Source of the DNA: the human T2T-CHM13v2.0 reference genome, Homo sapiens
NCBI RefSeq assembly: GCF_009914755.1
Contig: NC_060938.1
Strand: one strand, 5' to 3'
DNA: 64,000 bases
Part shown: piece after piece, positions 1 through 12,149 of the stretch
How the letters are laid out: the number at the start of each line of letters is the position of its first letter
How positions within the stretch are numbered: the stretch's first letter is position 1
Program-made: the position numbers and the translations under genes
The notes under the pieces: generated by a model
The model's input: the letters and a program-made list of their open reading frames with translations, nothing else
What the model was told of the DNA's origin: nothing
Databases searched by the model: none

Positions 1-1953
1 ACAGTGAACCATTACCATACAGAGGCATTGTGGTGGGCATCTGGGAAGAGCACAAAAAGGCCAGAGTAGAGAAGATCTGTGAGTACCTGTGTCCAAGGCC
101 CTTGGGAACCTCACATAATAAGGACTGATCATACACACCTGTCCCTCTACTATAAGAGATAAGACTGGGCTTACGCTGTGGTTGAGAAAACTGAGACTCA
201 GAGAGAAAGATTAAATAACATGCCTGAGTCAATACCACAAATCCTAACCCAGGTCCTGGACTTGAGAAGCCATACCACATCATGCTGTCCTGAGTGCTGA
301 TAAATGGTGAGTAGATGTAGAAGAGGAGGAGCATGAGGAACAAAGAGTGACAAGAGACCCACCCATGTGATTGGTGGGAAAAGGCTTTAAAAACAGCACG
401 AGGTTGCCATTGATGATGGCTGCATGCTTTCTTTTATCCGGAGTTCTTGTCACGTAGGCTCTTGGTATTTGGCTGTGTTAGTTAACCTGTAGGAGATAAT
501 AAACCCAAGGCATCATACTTGGAAAATCAATACACAGGTCAAAGCTGTAGCATGCCGGAGAAGAGCCATTCTTTTCAAGCACAGTTTGCCAGCTATGCAG
601 TGGTATTTCTAAAGCCTTGTTCTTGCCCCTGGGTGCCCGGAGAAATAGCCCACACTCCCAGCTCACAGCAAGGCAAGGGGCATGGTGGTGAAGGGCTCTG
701 TATAACCACTGTCTCTGTTTAATCCTCTTCCCAACAAAGGAAAGAGAGTAATTGCCAAGACAGTGAAGGCTGCAGAGATTTATCACCAGTTGCCAAACCT
801 TGCTGATAAGTTCAAGGCATCCTGATCCTAACAGAGACCACCGCAGAGCATTAAGCAGGAAGCCCAGGATGGTAGGATGAGGGCAGGGCAGGAGCCGGCA
901 CCAGGTAAAGATGAAAAATGCCTCTCTGGGAGATTAATCCTTCCTGTAGTCCACTGGTAAAGTAATAAAAGGTTTATGATTCATTTCTTTCTTGATAATG
1001 GAGGAGACAATTAAGTAATTACTGGACTTACGGTATTGGTTGTGTTAACTCAACCAATAAAGTATCTAGCCAAATTGTGCTTTGAAGTACCCTTATAGAA
1101 TAATACAATGAATGCTTAAAAAAAGAAATCAGCTGCACCATGCATCACCTACATTTACAGGCAGGCGGAGGTTTAGACAATGACCATCTGAGACCTAAAA
1201 ATGGTGTTTTTCATTACTAGTTTCCCCATTTCATTCTTTCTAAAGTTAAGTCAAAGAAGTAGGATCCAGCATCTAATACCACAACTTTCCCTTAACTCGC
1301 TTTCTCAGAAACACGTTTTCTCGGCTCCATCGCACCATGGATGGCCCTTGTAGGCCCTCAGGACCTTGAATTTTACATGTACTTGTGTGACTGATTGACA
1401 TGTCTCCCACCTTCTGCCAGTTGGCCCTTCCTGTCTACCTGCACCAAGCTGAGTGCAAGGCATATTACTGCTCCTCAGGGAATGTTTGTTGAATAAAATG
1501 GATGTTTTAAAAAGATCCAGCAAACAAGGGTTTCCCCTGCTGTCATCAGAAATGTTTAAATTCAATGAGTATGACTATAGGTGTATAATTTAGAGAAAAA
1601 TCTTCAAATATCTAACAATAGAATTATTTAGACAGATCTCAGTGACTATCAGGCCACATTAATAAATGCAACATATGAGTGCTGTAGAAATATAGTCAAA
1701 TTCTTACAAATGACATAAACAAATTAATGTAGATAATAAAGTATATACTTGGATAAGTATGCATGTGAATTTAAACCTAATGCCCAGCCCACGTGTTTGC
1801 AACATAGTAGATGCTTAATAAATATTTGTGGGACAAATTTAAAAAGTACAGGAAAATGAAAATTAGTATTAAAAGGAGAGAATACATGTGCATATGAGTT
1901 TAACTAATATTTATGTTGTTGTAAAGACACGTGCATTAAAAATAAAATGCTTA

Positions 1954-2246
1954 AGCCCCGTGCGGTGGCTCACACCTGTAATCCCAGCACTTTGAGAGGC
2001 TGAGGCAGGAGGATTACTTGAGCCCAGGAGTTCGACACCAGGCTGGGCAACGTAGCCAAACCCCATCTCTACAAAAAATACCAAAAAAATGTAGCCTGGC
2101 ATAGTGGCTTGGTACCAGCTGCTTGGGAGGCTGAGGTAGGAAGATCACTAAAGCCCAGGAGGCAGAGGTTGTGGTGAGTCATGATGGTGCCACTGAACTC
2201 CAGCCTGGGAGACAGAGCCAGACCCTGTCTCAAAAAATAAAATAAA
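1954..2246 (+). mobile_element. Alu SINE, AluJ-type
   Basis: Dimeric Alu (gccccgtgcggtggctcacacctgtaatcccagcac...ctgtctcaaaaaataaaataaa) with J-type 'ggattacttgagcccaggag'. No right-hand TSD is visible. Confidence 0.93.
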
Positions 2247-2666
2247 GGCCAGGAGCGGTGGCTCCTGAGTACCAATCACAGAGCTAATAAAGAGTAGACT
2301 ATGCATTAAATTTATTAGGTGGCAGTTGAGAATCATGGTTAAGAGCACAGGCATGAGCCACCATGCCTGGCCGGGAATAGGCCTTCTTAACACGATATCA
2401 CTTCTCATTTTCTTTCCAGTGCTGCAGCACAGTAGGCCTTGAGAGTCCTCTGAGTTTCAACAAGCATAAACTTACATCTAAATTTCAGGCCCCTCGGTCA
2501 AGACCCAAGTGATAAACAAACTCAACTTAGAGTCCAATAACTTTCTCAAGGTCAAGCAGTCTTGATGATACCCTTTGGGCACATACATTTTTGCCTTCAT
2601 TGAACTTGGAGAGTCTAGAATTTTCAGAAAGGTCAAAGTCCCATGGTTGGAGCACGGCACGGTCTG

Positions 2667-2975
2667 TTTTTTTTTTTTTTTTTTTTTTTTTTTGAGTCGG
2701 AGTCTCGCTCTGTTGCTCAGGCTGGAGTGCAGTGGCGTGATCTAGGCTCACTGCAAGCTTCGCCTCCTGGGTTCACACTATTCTCCTGCCTCAGCCTCAC
2801 GAGTAGCTGGGGCTACAGGTGCCCGCCACCGCACCCGGCTAACTTTTTTGTATTTTTGGTAGAGACAGGGTTTCACTGTGTTAGACAGGATGGTCTCAAT
2901 CTCCTCACCTCGTGATCCACCCGTCTCGGCCTCCCAAAGTGCTGGGATTACAGGCATGAACCACCACACCCGGCT
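2667..2975 (-). mobile_element. Alu SINE, AluY-type
   Basis: Poly-T at 2667-2693, then a reverse Alu with Y-like diagnostics (ctgcaagcttcgcctcctgggttcacactattctcc). TSD is about ggagcac(g/a)gtctgtttt on both sides. Confidence 0.93.
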
Positions 2976-3659
2976 GGAGCACAGTCTGTTTTGAAGTAAA
3001 AATGTTGACTATTATTTTTAAAAACTCGTAAGAACAGAACAAAGAGAAATGAAATAGCTGAGCTGATTTACTGAATGTCGAACTGCCCCAAGAGCAGGGT
3101 GATATATTCCCCACTCTGGCTTACATGGCTTAAAATTGCTGAAAAGCTGTTTAAATGATCAACTTCCACCCGCCTTGGTTCAGGTCCTCTGAGGCCACCA
3201 ACTTGGCTGTTAAATTCATTATGAACTAACTGTGAACTGTAGGTTAATTCATGTTGAGCAACAATGGAGAAACACATTAAAAAATGTGTCTGTCATAAAG
3301 CTAGAGTCTGTTCAGAACAAACATATCCATAAAATGTTGATCTGTTAGTATTTTGTTGTTCAAAAGTCAATCTAAGAAAGTAGCACTGGACTTGAATTCA
3401 AAAGACTTTACTTAATTGTAGTCATTGGCTTTGGGGCCAATTGCTTTGAGTCTATAAATCTCAGTTTAGTCATCATTAAATGAAGTAATAATGGCATGTA
3501 CCCTGTCTATAGCATAAGTGAAGACTATACAATTTTTACTATTTAAAATTGATCATTTCCATAAGTTAAAGCTCATTGGTAGGAGCTAGAATTTTAAATC
3601 TAATTTTTCAAGGAAGAAACAGAGAAGTTCAAACTTGCACACCAGTTCAGCCAGTGAAA

Positions 3660-4745
3660 AATAGAAGGCAAAGTAATCAAGTGGTAAGACATCAAACCAA
3701 AAAGCTTCTGCAACGAAAAAAAAAAGAAATAACCAAATAAAAAGATAGCCTATGGGTTGGGAGAAAATATTTATGAACCATATATCTAATAAGGGATTAA
3801 TACCATAAATATATAAGGAACTCACACAATTCAATAGTAAAAACATAAATAACCTAATTTTAAAAATGGGCAAAGGACCTGAATAGACATTTCTCCAAAG
3901 AAGGCACAGATAGATGAAAAGGTGCTCAGAATCACTATCAGCAGGGAAATGCAAATTAAAACCACAATGAGACATCACCTCACACCTGTTAGGATGGTCA
4001 TTATCAAAAAGACAAACAAGTGACAGTGAGGGTGTGGAGAGAAGGGAATCCTTGGACAATGGGTGGGAATGTATATTAGTGCAGCCACTGTGGAAAACAG
4101 TATGGAGGTTCCTAAATAAAATAAATAGAACTACCATATGATGTAGCAAATCCCCATTAAAACATGAATGGATATAGAAATTGTGATATATATATATAAG
4201 TTAATATATAGAACATATATACAATATTCCATTGTGTATGTATGTGTATATATACACATATATACATGTATATACGTGTGTGTATATGCATGTGTGTGTA
4301 TGTACGTATATTTTAAAAAGGAGATCCTGCCATTTACAACAACATGGATGAACCTGAAGGACATTATGCTAAGTGAAATAAGCCAGACTCAGAAAGAGAA
4401 ATACTGTATGATCTCACTTTTATGTGGAACCTAAAAAAAATTAAATGGAGTACATAGAAAGGCAGTTACCAGTGGTGGCGAGGAGGCAGAAAATATAGGT
4501 TAAAGAGTACAAAGTTGCAGCTATATAGGAATAAATAAGCCTGGAGATCTAATGTACAACATGAGGACTAGAGTTAATAATATTTTATTGTATACTGGAA
4601 ATTTCCCAGAGGAGCAGATTTGGGATGAAAGAAAGAAAGAAGACAGAAAGAGAGAGGAAGGGAGGGAGGGAGGAAGGGAAAGAAAGAAGAGAGAAAAAGA
4701 GAGGCAGGGAGGGAGGGAGGAAGGGAAAGAAAGAAAGAAAGGAAA

Positions 4746-4813
<68 letters not shown>

Positions 4814-4855
4814 GGAAGGAAGGAAGGAAGGGGAGAGAGAGAGAAAGAAAGAAAA

Positions 4856-4907
<52 letters not shown>

Positions 4908-5160
4908 AAAGAAAGAAAGGAAAGAAAGAAAGAAAAAGAAAGAAAGAAGAAAGAAAGAAAGGAGGGAGGGAGGGAGGGAAGGAAGGAAAGAAGGAAGGAA
5001 GGAAAGAAGAAGGAAGGAAGGAAAGAAAAAGAGAAAGGTGCAGGGAAGGGAAGGGAAGGGAGACTATATAAGATAATGGGTATGTTAATTTGCTTGACTG
5101 AAGTAATCACTGTGTATGTGTGTATTAAACATCATGTTGTACATCTTATATACTATAAAA
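3660..5160 (+). mobile_element. Old L1 (L1MA-like) ORF2 end and 3' UTR, interrupted by simple repeats
   Basis: Typical L1 motifs: aaatgggcaaaggacctgaatagacatttctcc, atgcaaattaaaaccacaatgaga, acatggatgaacctgaaggacattatgctaagtgaaataagccag. The 3' UTR resumes after the purine tract (atgggtatgttaatt...catcatgttgtacatc). Confidence 0.88.
4626..5062 (+). repeat. Compound (GAAA)n/(GGAA)n/(GGGA)n polypurine microsatellite
   Basis: Read directly from the sequence. It explains the K/E/R-rich and S/F/L-rich spurious ORFs at 4552-5110. Confidence 0.98.
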
Positions 5161-7352
5161 AGAAATATATACAAGAAAAAATGGAAAAGATTGAGTTATT
5201 TGCATAGTAATTCCAATAATTTTGCTTGGCTGTGCATGGCTAAAGTAAATACTTGGTGTTTCATCAACCTTCAGTCACCCACCTGGGCCAATGGGATATT
5301 TCCAGAATAAGGAAGAGTAAAGAATGGACTTGGCAGTTACAGCTGAGACACCAAGAAAAATGGGTATGGAGGGGATCAAAATTTGGTGCTTCCTCTTGAG
5401 CAAATGTCCAAACTCACTTTAGTTCTTGCAACAATGTTGGGAGGTAGATGTGACAAGATAGTGAACCTGATGGATTTTGTTTGGCTTTCCAAAGTCACTC
5501 ATCTAGCAAATGTGCAAAATGCATTTGACCCATATCTCTTTGCCTTAAAACTTGTTGACCTTCTCTTCCAGCTCCAAGAGTGAACTCCTGAGTGTATTTC
5601 AGTTGCCCGTCACTGTGATGCGAGCTTTGTAATTCTGTGTCATTGAGCTCCTAGTGGTGCCCTAGACCCCTCTATCCTGATGAACTCCAGCGTGGCTCAA
5701 TTACCTGCTTCTCAGCCGGGGTCATGTTCAGTCACTCAGCCTAATATGAATGTCTCAAACCCTCATTTGACTATAACAGAAGATGTGAAAGTTTTTTTTG
5801 AGTTTTTTTTTTTAATGAAAGTCATTTTGTAATAGTGAAAAACATGACAACATGGGCTTTGAAGCACTTGGTTTGAATCCTGCTTTACCCTTTTCCATGA
5901 TTCTTTTCCTGGCCAACTAATTCAGCCCCCTTCTCATCATGAACTTCAATTGCCCCCTCTAAAATAATTGTTAAAAAGCATAATAAGTGATTTAAATGAT
6001 TCCTGGCACATAAAAGGTGCTCAAATTTTATTATAAAAATTTGTTTTTTATCTAATATTAGGAGTGAATTTAGGCATAGGCTAGAAAATCTTTACTTTTC
6101 TGCAGCCTTAGAGGTCTGATTTGAAATAAAATACTTATTTTTTTGGCACAAGAATCCTTATAGAGTTAACGCATACCTGTGTCTTTAATATTGTTCAGTT
6201 GGGGAATCACAGCACAAAATATTTCGGTGACTTTACGAAGTGTCTCTTCCCAAATCATCTGAAACGGAAGAGGATTAGCACGAGGCAGCTGATACTGCAA
6301 AGTGCTCTGGCTGAACTGAGCCCTGCGGAACATGAAGCCCTGGGGGCTGAGAAATCTCTAGACTAGCCATGTTTGCCCCCTGCCCTTAGGGTCAATTGGT
6401 GGTATTGTTTAAAGCTGTCTGACCCCAGACTCCCAAACAATCCCTTTTGCTTTGCTGACATAAATATGATTCCCAGGACATTATAGTAAAGACTAGAAAA
6501 GTTGCAAAGGGAGAAAAGTTAAAAGCCAGTTTTTTTCTCCTTTGAAATTTTTATGTGCTGAAATGCAAAATTCACTGTCAAAAAAAGTAACACTTTTACA
6601 CGGCCTCCGGCATCAGAACATCCTAAAAATAGTCCAGTAACAGGTAAGTGTGAACAACGTGCCAGGAGGCCTCTAGCACATTTTAGCAGAAATCTGCACA
6701 TCTATTCTCAATGCTCACAAACACTCCCCGCCCCTTGGGAAGAGGCCCGGGTTGGCTTTGCTCTCATTCAGTGTTGGAGACCAGCTGATCCCGAATCACA
6801 CAGCATCCAGGTGGAGGCCATGGAAATAGGCTCCAGGAAGCCTTGTGTCAAGCCGCCCCCTCTGACTATGTACAAATAACTTTCTCCCCTGAGCCTCACA
6901 TGTAAGGAAAATAGTTCGAGTGATGGATTTTCATGTCGTTTTTAAAATCAAAATGAGAAAAACATCCCCAGTCTGAATTGATGTATGTGTGTGCATGTAT
7001 TTGTGTGTGACAAGGAAGGACAGTGGCCATCCTGCTGGGACCCTGTGGAAAATAGACACTGGGGAAAACCTCCCAAATGCAAAGCGCAGAGTAGAAATCG
7101 ATTGAGTAGACACCATTCTCTCATCTGTGGTCTCTGGCCATTCCACTGTTTCACAGGTAAAGCAGAAGAGTGATGAGACTAACATTTCTTGAACGCTTAC
7201 TATGCCCTGCACTTCGTATCATTAGCCCCTTTAATCCTTACATCCACCTTCTGAATTAGGCTTTCTGACCCCCTTTGAACAGCAGAGGCAGTGCAAGCTC
7301 AGAAAGGGTAAGTGAGTTTCTCTAATCGCAAAGCTGGAAAATGGTAACATTA

Positions 7353-7670
<318 letters not shown>

Positions 7671-10349
7671 TTGAAATGTACACATCCAGTTCTATGACTC
7701 TAAGCTCTGTGCACCCACTATTATGCTTTTGCTAACACCTTAGAACTATAGAGATCACGAGGTCCCTCTGGTCAACTCTGTAGAGTTCTCTTTCCCTTGT
7801 TGCTGTGCTTGCAGTCTGCCTGAAGTCCCCCAGGGATGGAGATACTATCTGTGACTCTGTAACTGACTGTTAAACCAACCCTCCTAGTTGTGGACCAAAA
7901 CTCACCCCTCTGTTTTGCCATCCTGAGTCACACAGTGTGTATCTGTCAGCCATAAAGATAGGAGGCCTTCCATTTACTCATTCTCTAAAAATTGATTAAG
8001 CCCCTGCTATATGCCAGACCCTGGGTGTGTTTCTGGGGACATAGCCATGAACAGAAAGACACAAGCCCTACCCTCATGGATTTTAATCATTCCATATTTC
8101 AAGACACATCAAGACAGTGACAGTGACCAGAGCATGGACTCAGGCTTGTAGGATGCGACAGGGATCCATGGTAAGAGCAAGGAAGCCTAGAGGGTGAGGG
8201 TTAGTCTCCCAATGAAGAAAGAAGCTCTGCTGCTGGAATATTCATCCAAAGCTGTCCACTGGCTGAGCCTATTTTCTGAAATGTCTCCAATTTACATCAA
8301 GATTGACTGCACCCTGGGGGACTGGTGGGGGCTGGACTCACAGGGAGGATTTTGAGAAGCCAACTTTGAAAGGAGAGGAAGGGAAGCCAAGCCTGGGAGT
8401 CAGGTCAGCTTTGGAAGCACCGTTTCTATTCATGGCACTGCTCTTTTTGTCCATGCACTGTCCCTCTGGTGCTAGGTTTGGATGTGACTTCTATCTCTTT
8501 ACCAAGATAGATGCTGTGGGGAGACTGAGGATAAGTTGCATTGGACCTGGAATCTTAGCTGTCATCCTGGAATGCAGTTACTTAGCCTTGCCCCAGTAGC
8601 TTCCTCCAAAGGCCCATCAACTAATCCTCTCTTGAAGCCCTGCTAATCTGCAGAGATTCTTATCTCCCTCCAGAGGTTACACATAGAAGAGACCAGAAGG
8701 CCACAGCCCTACTCAGATATTGCTGCAGTAAAGCCTCTCCCCAGTGGATGGACAGCTTGTCCACTGCTGATACCCCTTGGGAGAATAAGAGATTAATCCA
8801 ATTAAGCAATTAAGCTTATTTAAACAATTAAGCAGTTAAAGCAGAAGGGAATCCCTGCTGATGATAGAGGAACTGCCTTTCTTCTGTTTAGAAGAGACAG
8901 AGAAGGGAGAGCATTTCCTCTGAGCCTGGGGAAGCACAAGAGCCTTCTCTCAGTGTCCATAAATGAAACTCTTTGGCAGGTAGAATTCCAGGTGATCAGC
9001 CCTCTCATATCCCAGATTATGATGGACTCTGGCCTTGAGTTACAGCCTCAACTTGCCCTCATGTCCCTACACAACAGGCTTCACAAATACCCCTCTGTGA
9101 GCCCAGGCCCAGTCAGTCTCCAAGGCTGCAGTCAAGCCTGATGTAAGTTGGTGACATTTCAGGAAATAGAGCTTAGCCAGTGGAGAACTTTGGGTGAATA
9201 ATTCAACAGCAGAGCTTCTTTCTTCACTGGGAGACCAGCCCTTCCCTCTGGGCTTTGCACTCTCCAGTGTCTCCCAGCTGGCCCCTTCTTTGCACCCCCT
9301 CTCTAGTTCACAGGCCTTTACCCTCTCTTTCTTCTAGGATCCAATACACTCACCAGCCTCAACTGTTTTCCTCACCACCAGCTGTGCACAGTCAACTTTC
9401 GTCCACACCATTCCCTAATCACAATCCTGATCCGCAGCTCCTGTGCCTCCTAAATTAATTACAGACGGCCACTTCATTTAGGAGTGTAATTGCTTTCAGT
9501 ACTTAACCTTTCTGCAGTTCAAGTGGGGTGCAAAGAGAAATGCTCAACCTCAACGTGGTCCTGGGAACCCCAGAGAGCTCTGTCCAACAGGTAGAAGCCT
9601 CTGTAAGAGCTCCATGTTAGAGAGGGGTGTGGAGAGGCATCAATAGTCATTCAGCCTTTAATGGGTTCACTCAGCAAATATTGGTTAGGCTCCCATTATA
9701 TGCCAGGCAAAGTGTCAACCACTCTTTCTATTCTCTCAGATTTTAAATTCCAGCAGAAAAAAAAAGCTATACATTAGGCAAAGAGTCACAAAACCAATTG
9801 ATTGATTAGCTACAAGTGAGATGCTACGAACATGCAGTTATCAAGGTGGGCCTCCTAGGGAAATAAAGGACTGGATGGCTGAACAGGAATCAACTAGAAA
9901 AGAGGCGAACTTGTAGGCAAATCAAAGATTGCATCAGGGTCTAAGGTAAGGGTCCAAAAAGTAGATGACACTGGCCTCAGAGGGATAAGAACTGCAGTTG
10001 TAGAGAGAGACAGACTCAAGGTCCCCATCAGATTAGCTGGAGAACATATAGGGAAGAGGATCCAGGGCCAATTGGAGAGGGCAGGCTCTCCCAGAACTGA
10101 CCTGTTCCAACCTATCCCCATCCTCCGGGAGCTAGCATCACACAGCAGGAAGGAGGCTGCCTCTTCAAGCCAAAGCGCTTGAGCTTGAATTCTAATTCCT
10201 CTACATTTTAGCTGTGAAACCCCAATTAATCCATGCCAATTGCTGTCATTTTCATTATCTGTAAGATCATCACAATTATTCTTTTCCGAGAAGATTAAAC
10301 AAGGCAATGCATGTGAAAGCTAGCTTTGTGTTGTCCATGAGTAACAACG

Positions 10350-11475
10350 AGGATTCCTAGAACCCAGATTTTGATTATTAAGTATCATTCTATGATAAAA
10401 GGAATTGATCTGGAGAAGTGGGTGATTCTAGGACTAAGGCAAGAGAAGTATAGGATGAGCCTGGAATACCTTGTGGTGTCTGAAAGTAAGGATGTGCTCA
10501 GGAAAGATGGAAAAGATGGGGGAATGTTGGAAGGACATGGAAGCCAACTTGAAGGGCTCCTGATGGCCACACCTTGGACAATTTAAACAACAGGATATAT
10601 GACAGTCATGACGGGCTCTATCGCCTAAGCAAAATAAGAACCTGTGGGTTCATATTGATATAAATATTCAAATAAGTAAATAAAGAAAAGGGGAAGGCTC
10701 TTCCTTGTAGTAGAATCTCAATTTAGGAATGTATAAAATAATGTAAACCTTTTTAAAATCATTGTTTGGCAAACACTACAGTACAAATTCTTTCACTCAA
10801 GTGTCATTGATGCTTGCCAAAATGAGTGGGTGAAAGAATAACGAGAAGCAGGATATTCACAGTCTCGAAATTTGGTGCCATAAAACCCTTAATGATTACA
10901 AAGAAAAAACATACTAACTTTATAGTGGATAAACCAGGCAGACACTAGGTGACTTTCACAAGAGTGAACATCACTGGCAATGACACATGGCGTGATTCTG
11001 GGCTCTTGATATCAAGAAGGACACAAAATCACTTTCATAATATTTCTTCAAGGAATGTATAGCTGGAATTTAATCATGAAGAAACATTAGGCAACCCAAA
11101 TTAAGCGGTTCTTTACAAAATAACTGACCAGTCCCCTTCAAAAGTGTCAAAATCATGAAAAAATGGGAAAGACTGGAGGGCTTGTTCCAGATTAAAGATG
11201 AGGGATCTTGCAAGCAAATGCAGACTGAGATCTCGAATCAGATCCTAGACCAGAGAGAAAGGAAGATTGACAGATCTGAAAGAGGGCTGGAGATGAACCA
11301 ACAGGACCACGTGGATGTAAATGTGCTGCCTGTGAACCTTGTTCTGTGGACACTCACAGTCGGGGTAGCTGTGAAGAGTATAAGGGGTAGGTGAAGAGTA
11401 CAAGGAAATTTTACATTCTTTTTGCAATTTCAATACATCTAAATTATTTCAAAATTCAAATTTGAACATTTTTAA
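10350..11475 (+). mobile_element. Old L1 (L1MC/L1MD-like) 3' UTR
   Basis: Motifs gatgagcctggaataccttgtggtg, gaatttaatcatgaagaaacattag and ttcaaaagtgtcaaaatcatgaaa, ending ...ctaaattatttcaaaatt. Confidence 0.7.
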
Positions 11476-12114
11476 TTAAATAGGAAAACAAACTTGGCTT
11501 TGTATTTGACATACAAGAAAGATGCTCAGCAAATGGCGTTCATTATTCCTTTTAACAAGAAGAACTGATGGCTGGGGGTGCTTTTAGCCCATTGTCCCTG
11601 AGAAAGCATGCCTTGGCCTCGGAAGGGCAGAGTGAGGAAGCAAAGTTGTTTTTATAACTGCTTCAAATTTCAAGGTTGCTGAGGGACTCTGTGGAGGAGA
11701 AAAATGTGCTGGATTCTGGAAAGAATGATCTTTTTTCTTTTCACAGAAAAGAAAAACTGCAGTGCACGAAACAAAATTCAGAGAGCACAATAAGTCTTCC
11801 ACAGCCTGTTGCTATCAGGCAAGCCATTGTTCAGGCCTGGGTGTTCAGGGCCACAGCCTGGAAAGAGATGCAGCTTCCTCACTTCCTGGGCAATTCACTC
11901 GGAATCGCATTGCCTCTGTGAAAAGAAAAACCCAGATCCTGGAAGGGGAAAGCCAGCTCCTGCCTGCTTTGGCCGCCCACTTAGCTTAGGGTGGGCGTAT
12001 TCTGATGAGGGGGCACCATCACCCTGGCATTGACTCACGATCCCAGCACCAATGAATGCAGGAAGGCACTGCTCTCCTCCTGTAACTCCATGGTGCCTGA
12101 GATGACATTCCTTT

Positions 12115-12149
12115 AATAAATAAACAAACAAACAAACAAACAAACAAAC
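12115..12149 (+). repeat. (TAAA)/(CAAA)n microsatellite
   Basis: aataaataaacaaacaaacaaacaaacaaacaaac. Confidence 0.9.

Noticed and set aside
3586-4434. 187-aa and 88-aa ORFs
   Set aside because: They are antisense and sense readings of a decayed L1 plus a TA-rich repeat.
4552-5110. 148-178 aa K/E/R-rich and S/F/L-rich ORFs
   Set aside because: They are translations of the polypurine microsatellite.
10420-10500. Similarity to 40860-40930
   Set aside because: Both are independent copies of related old L1 3' UTRs, not a local duplication.
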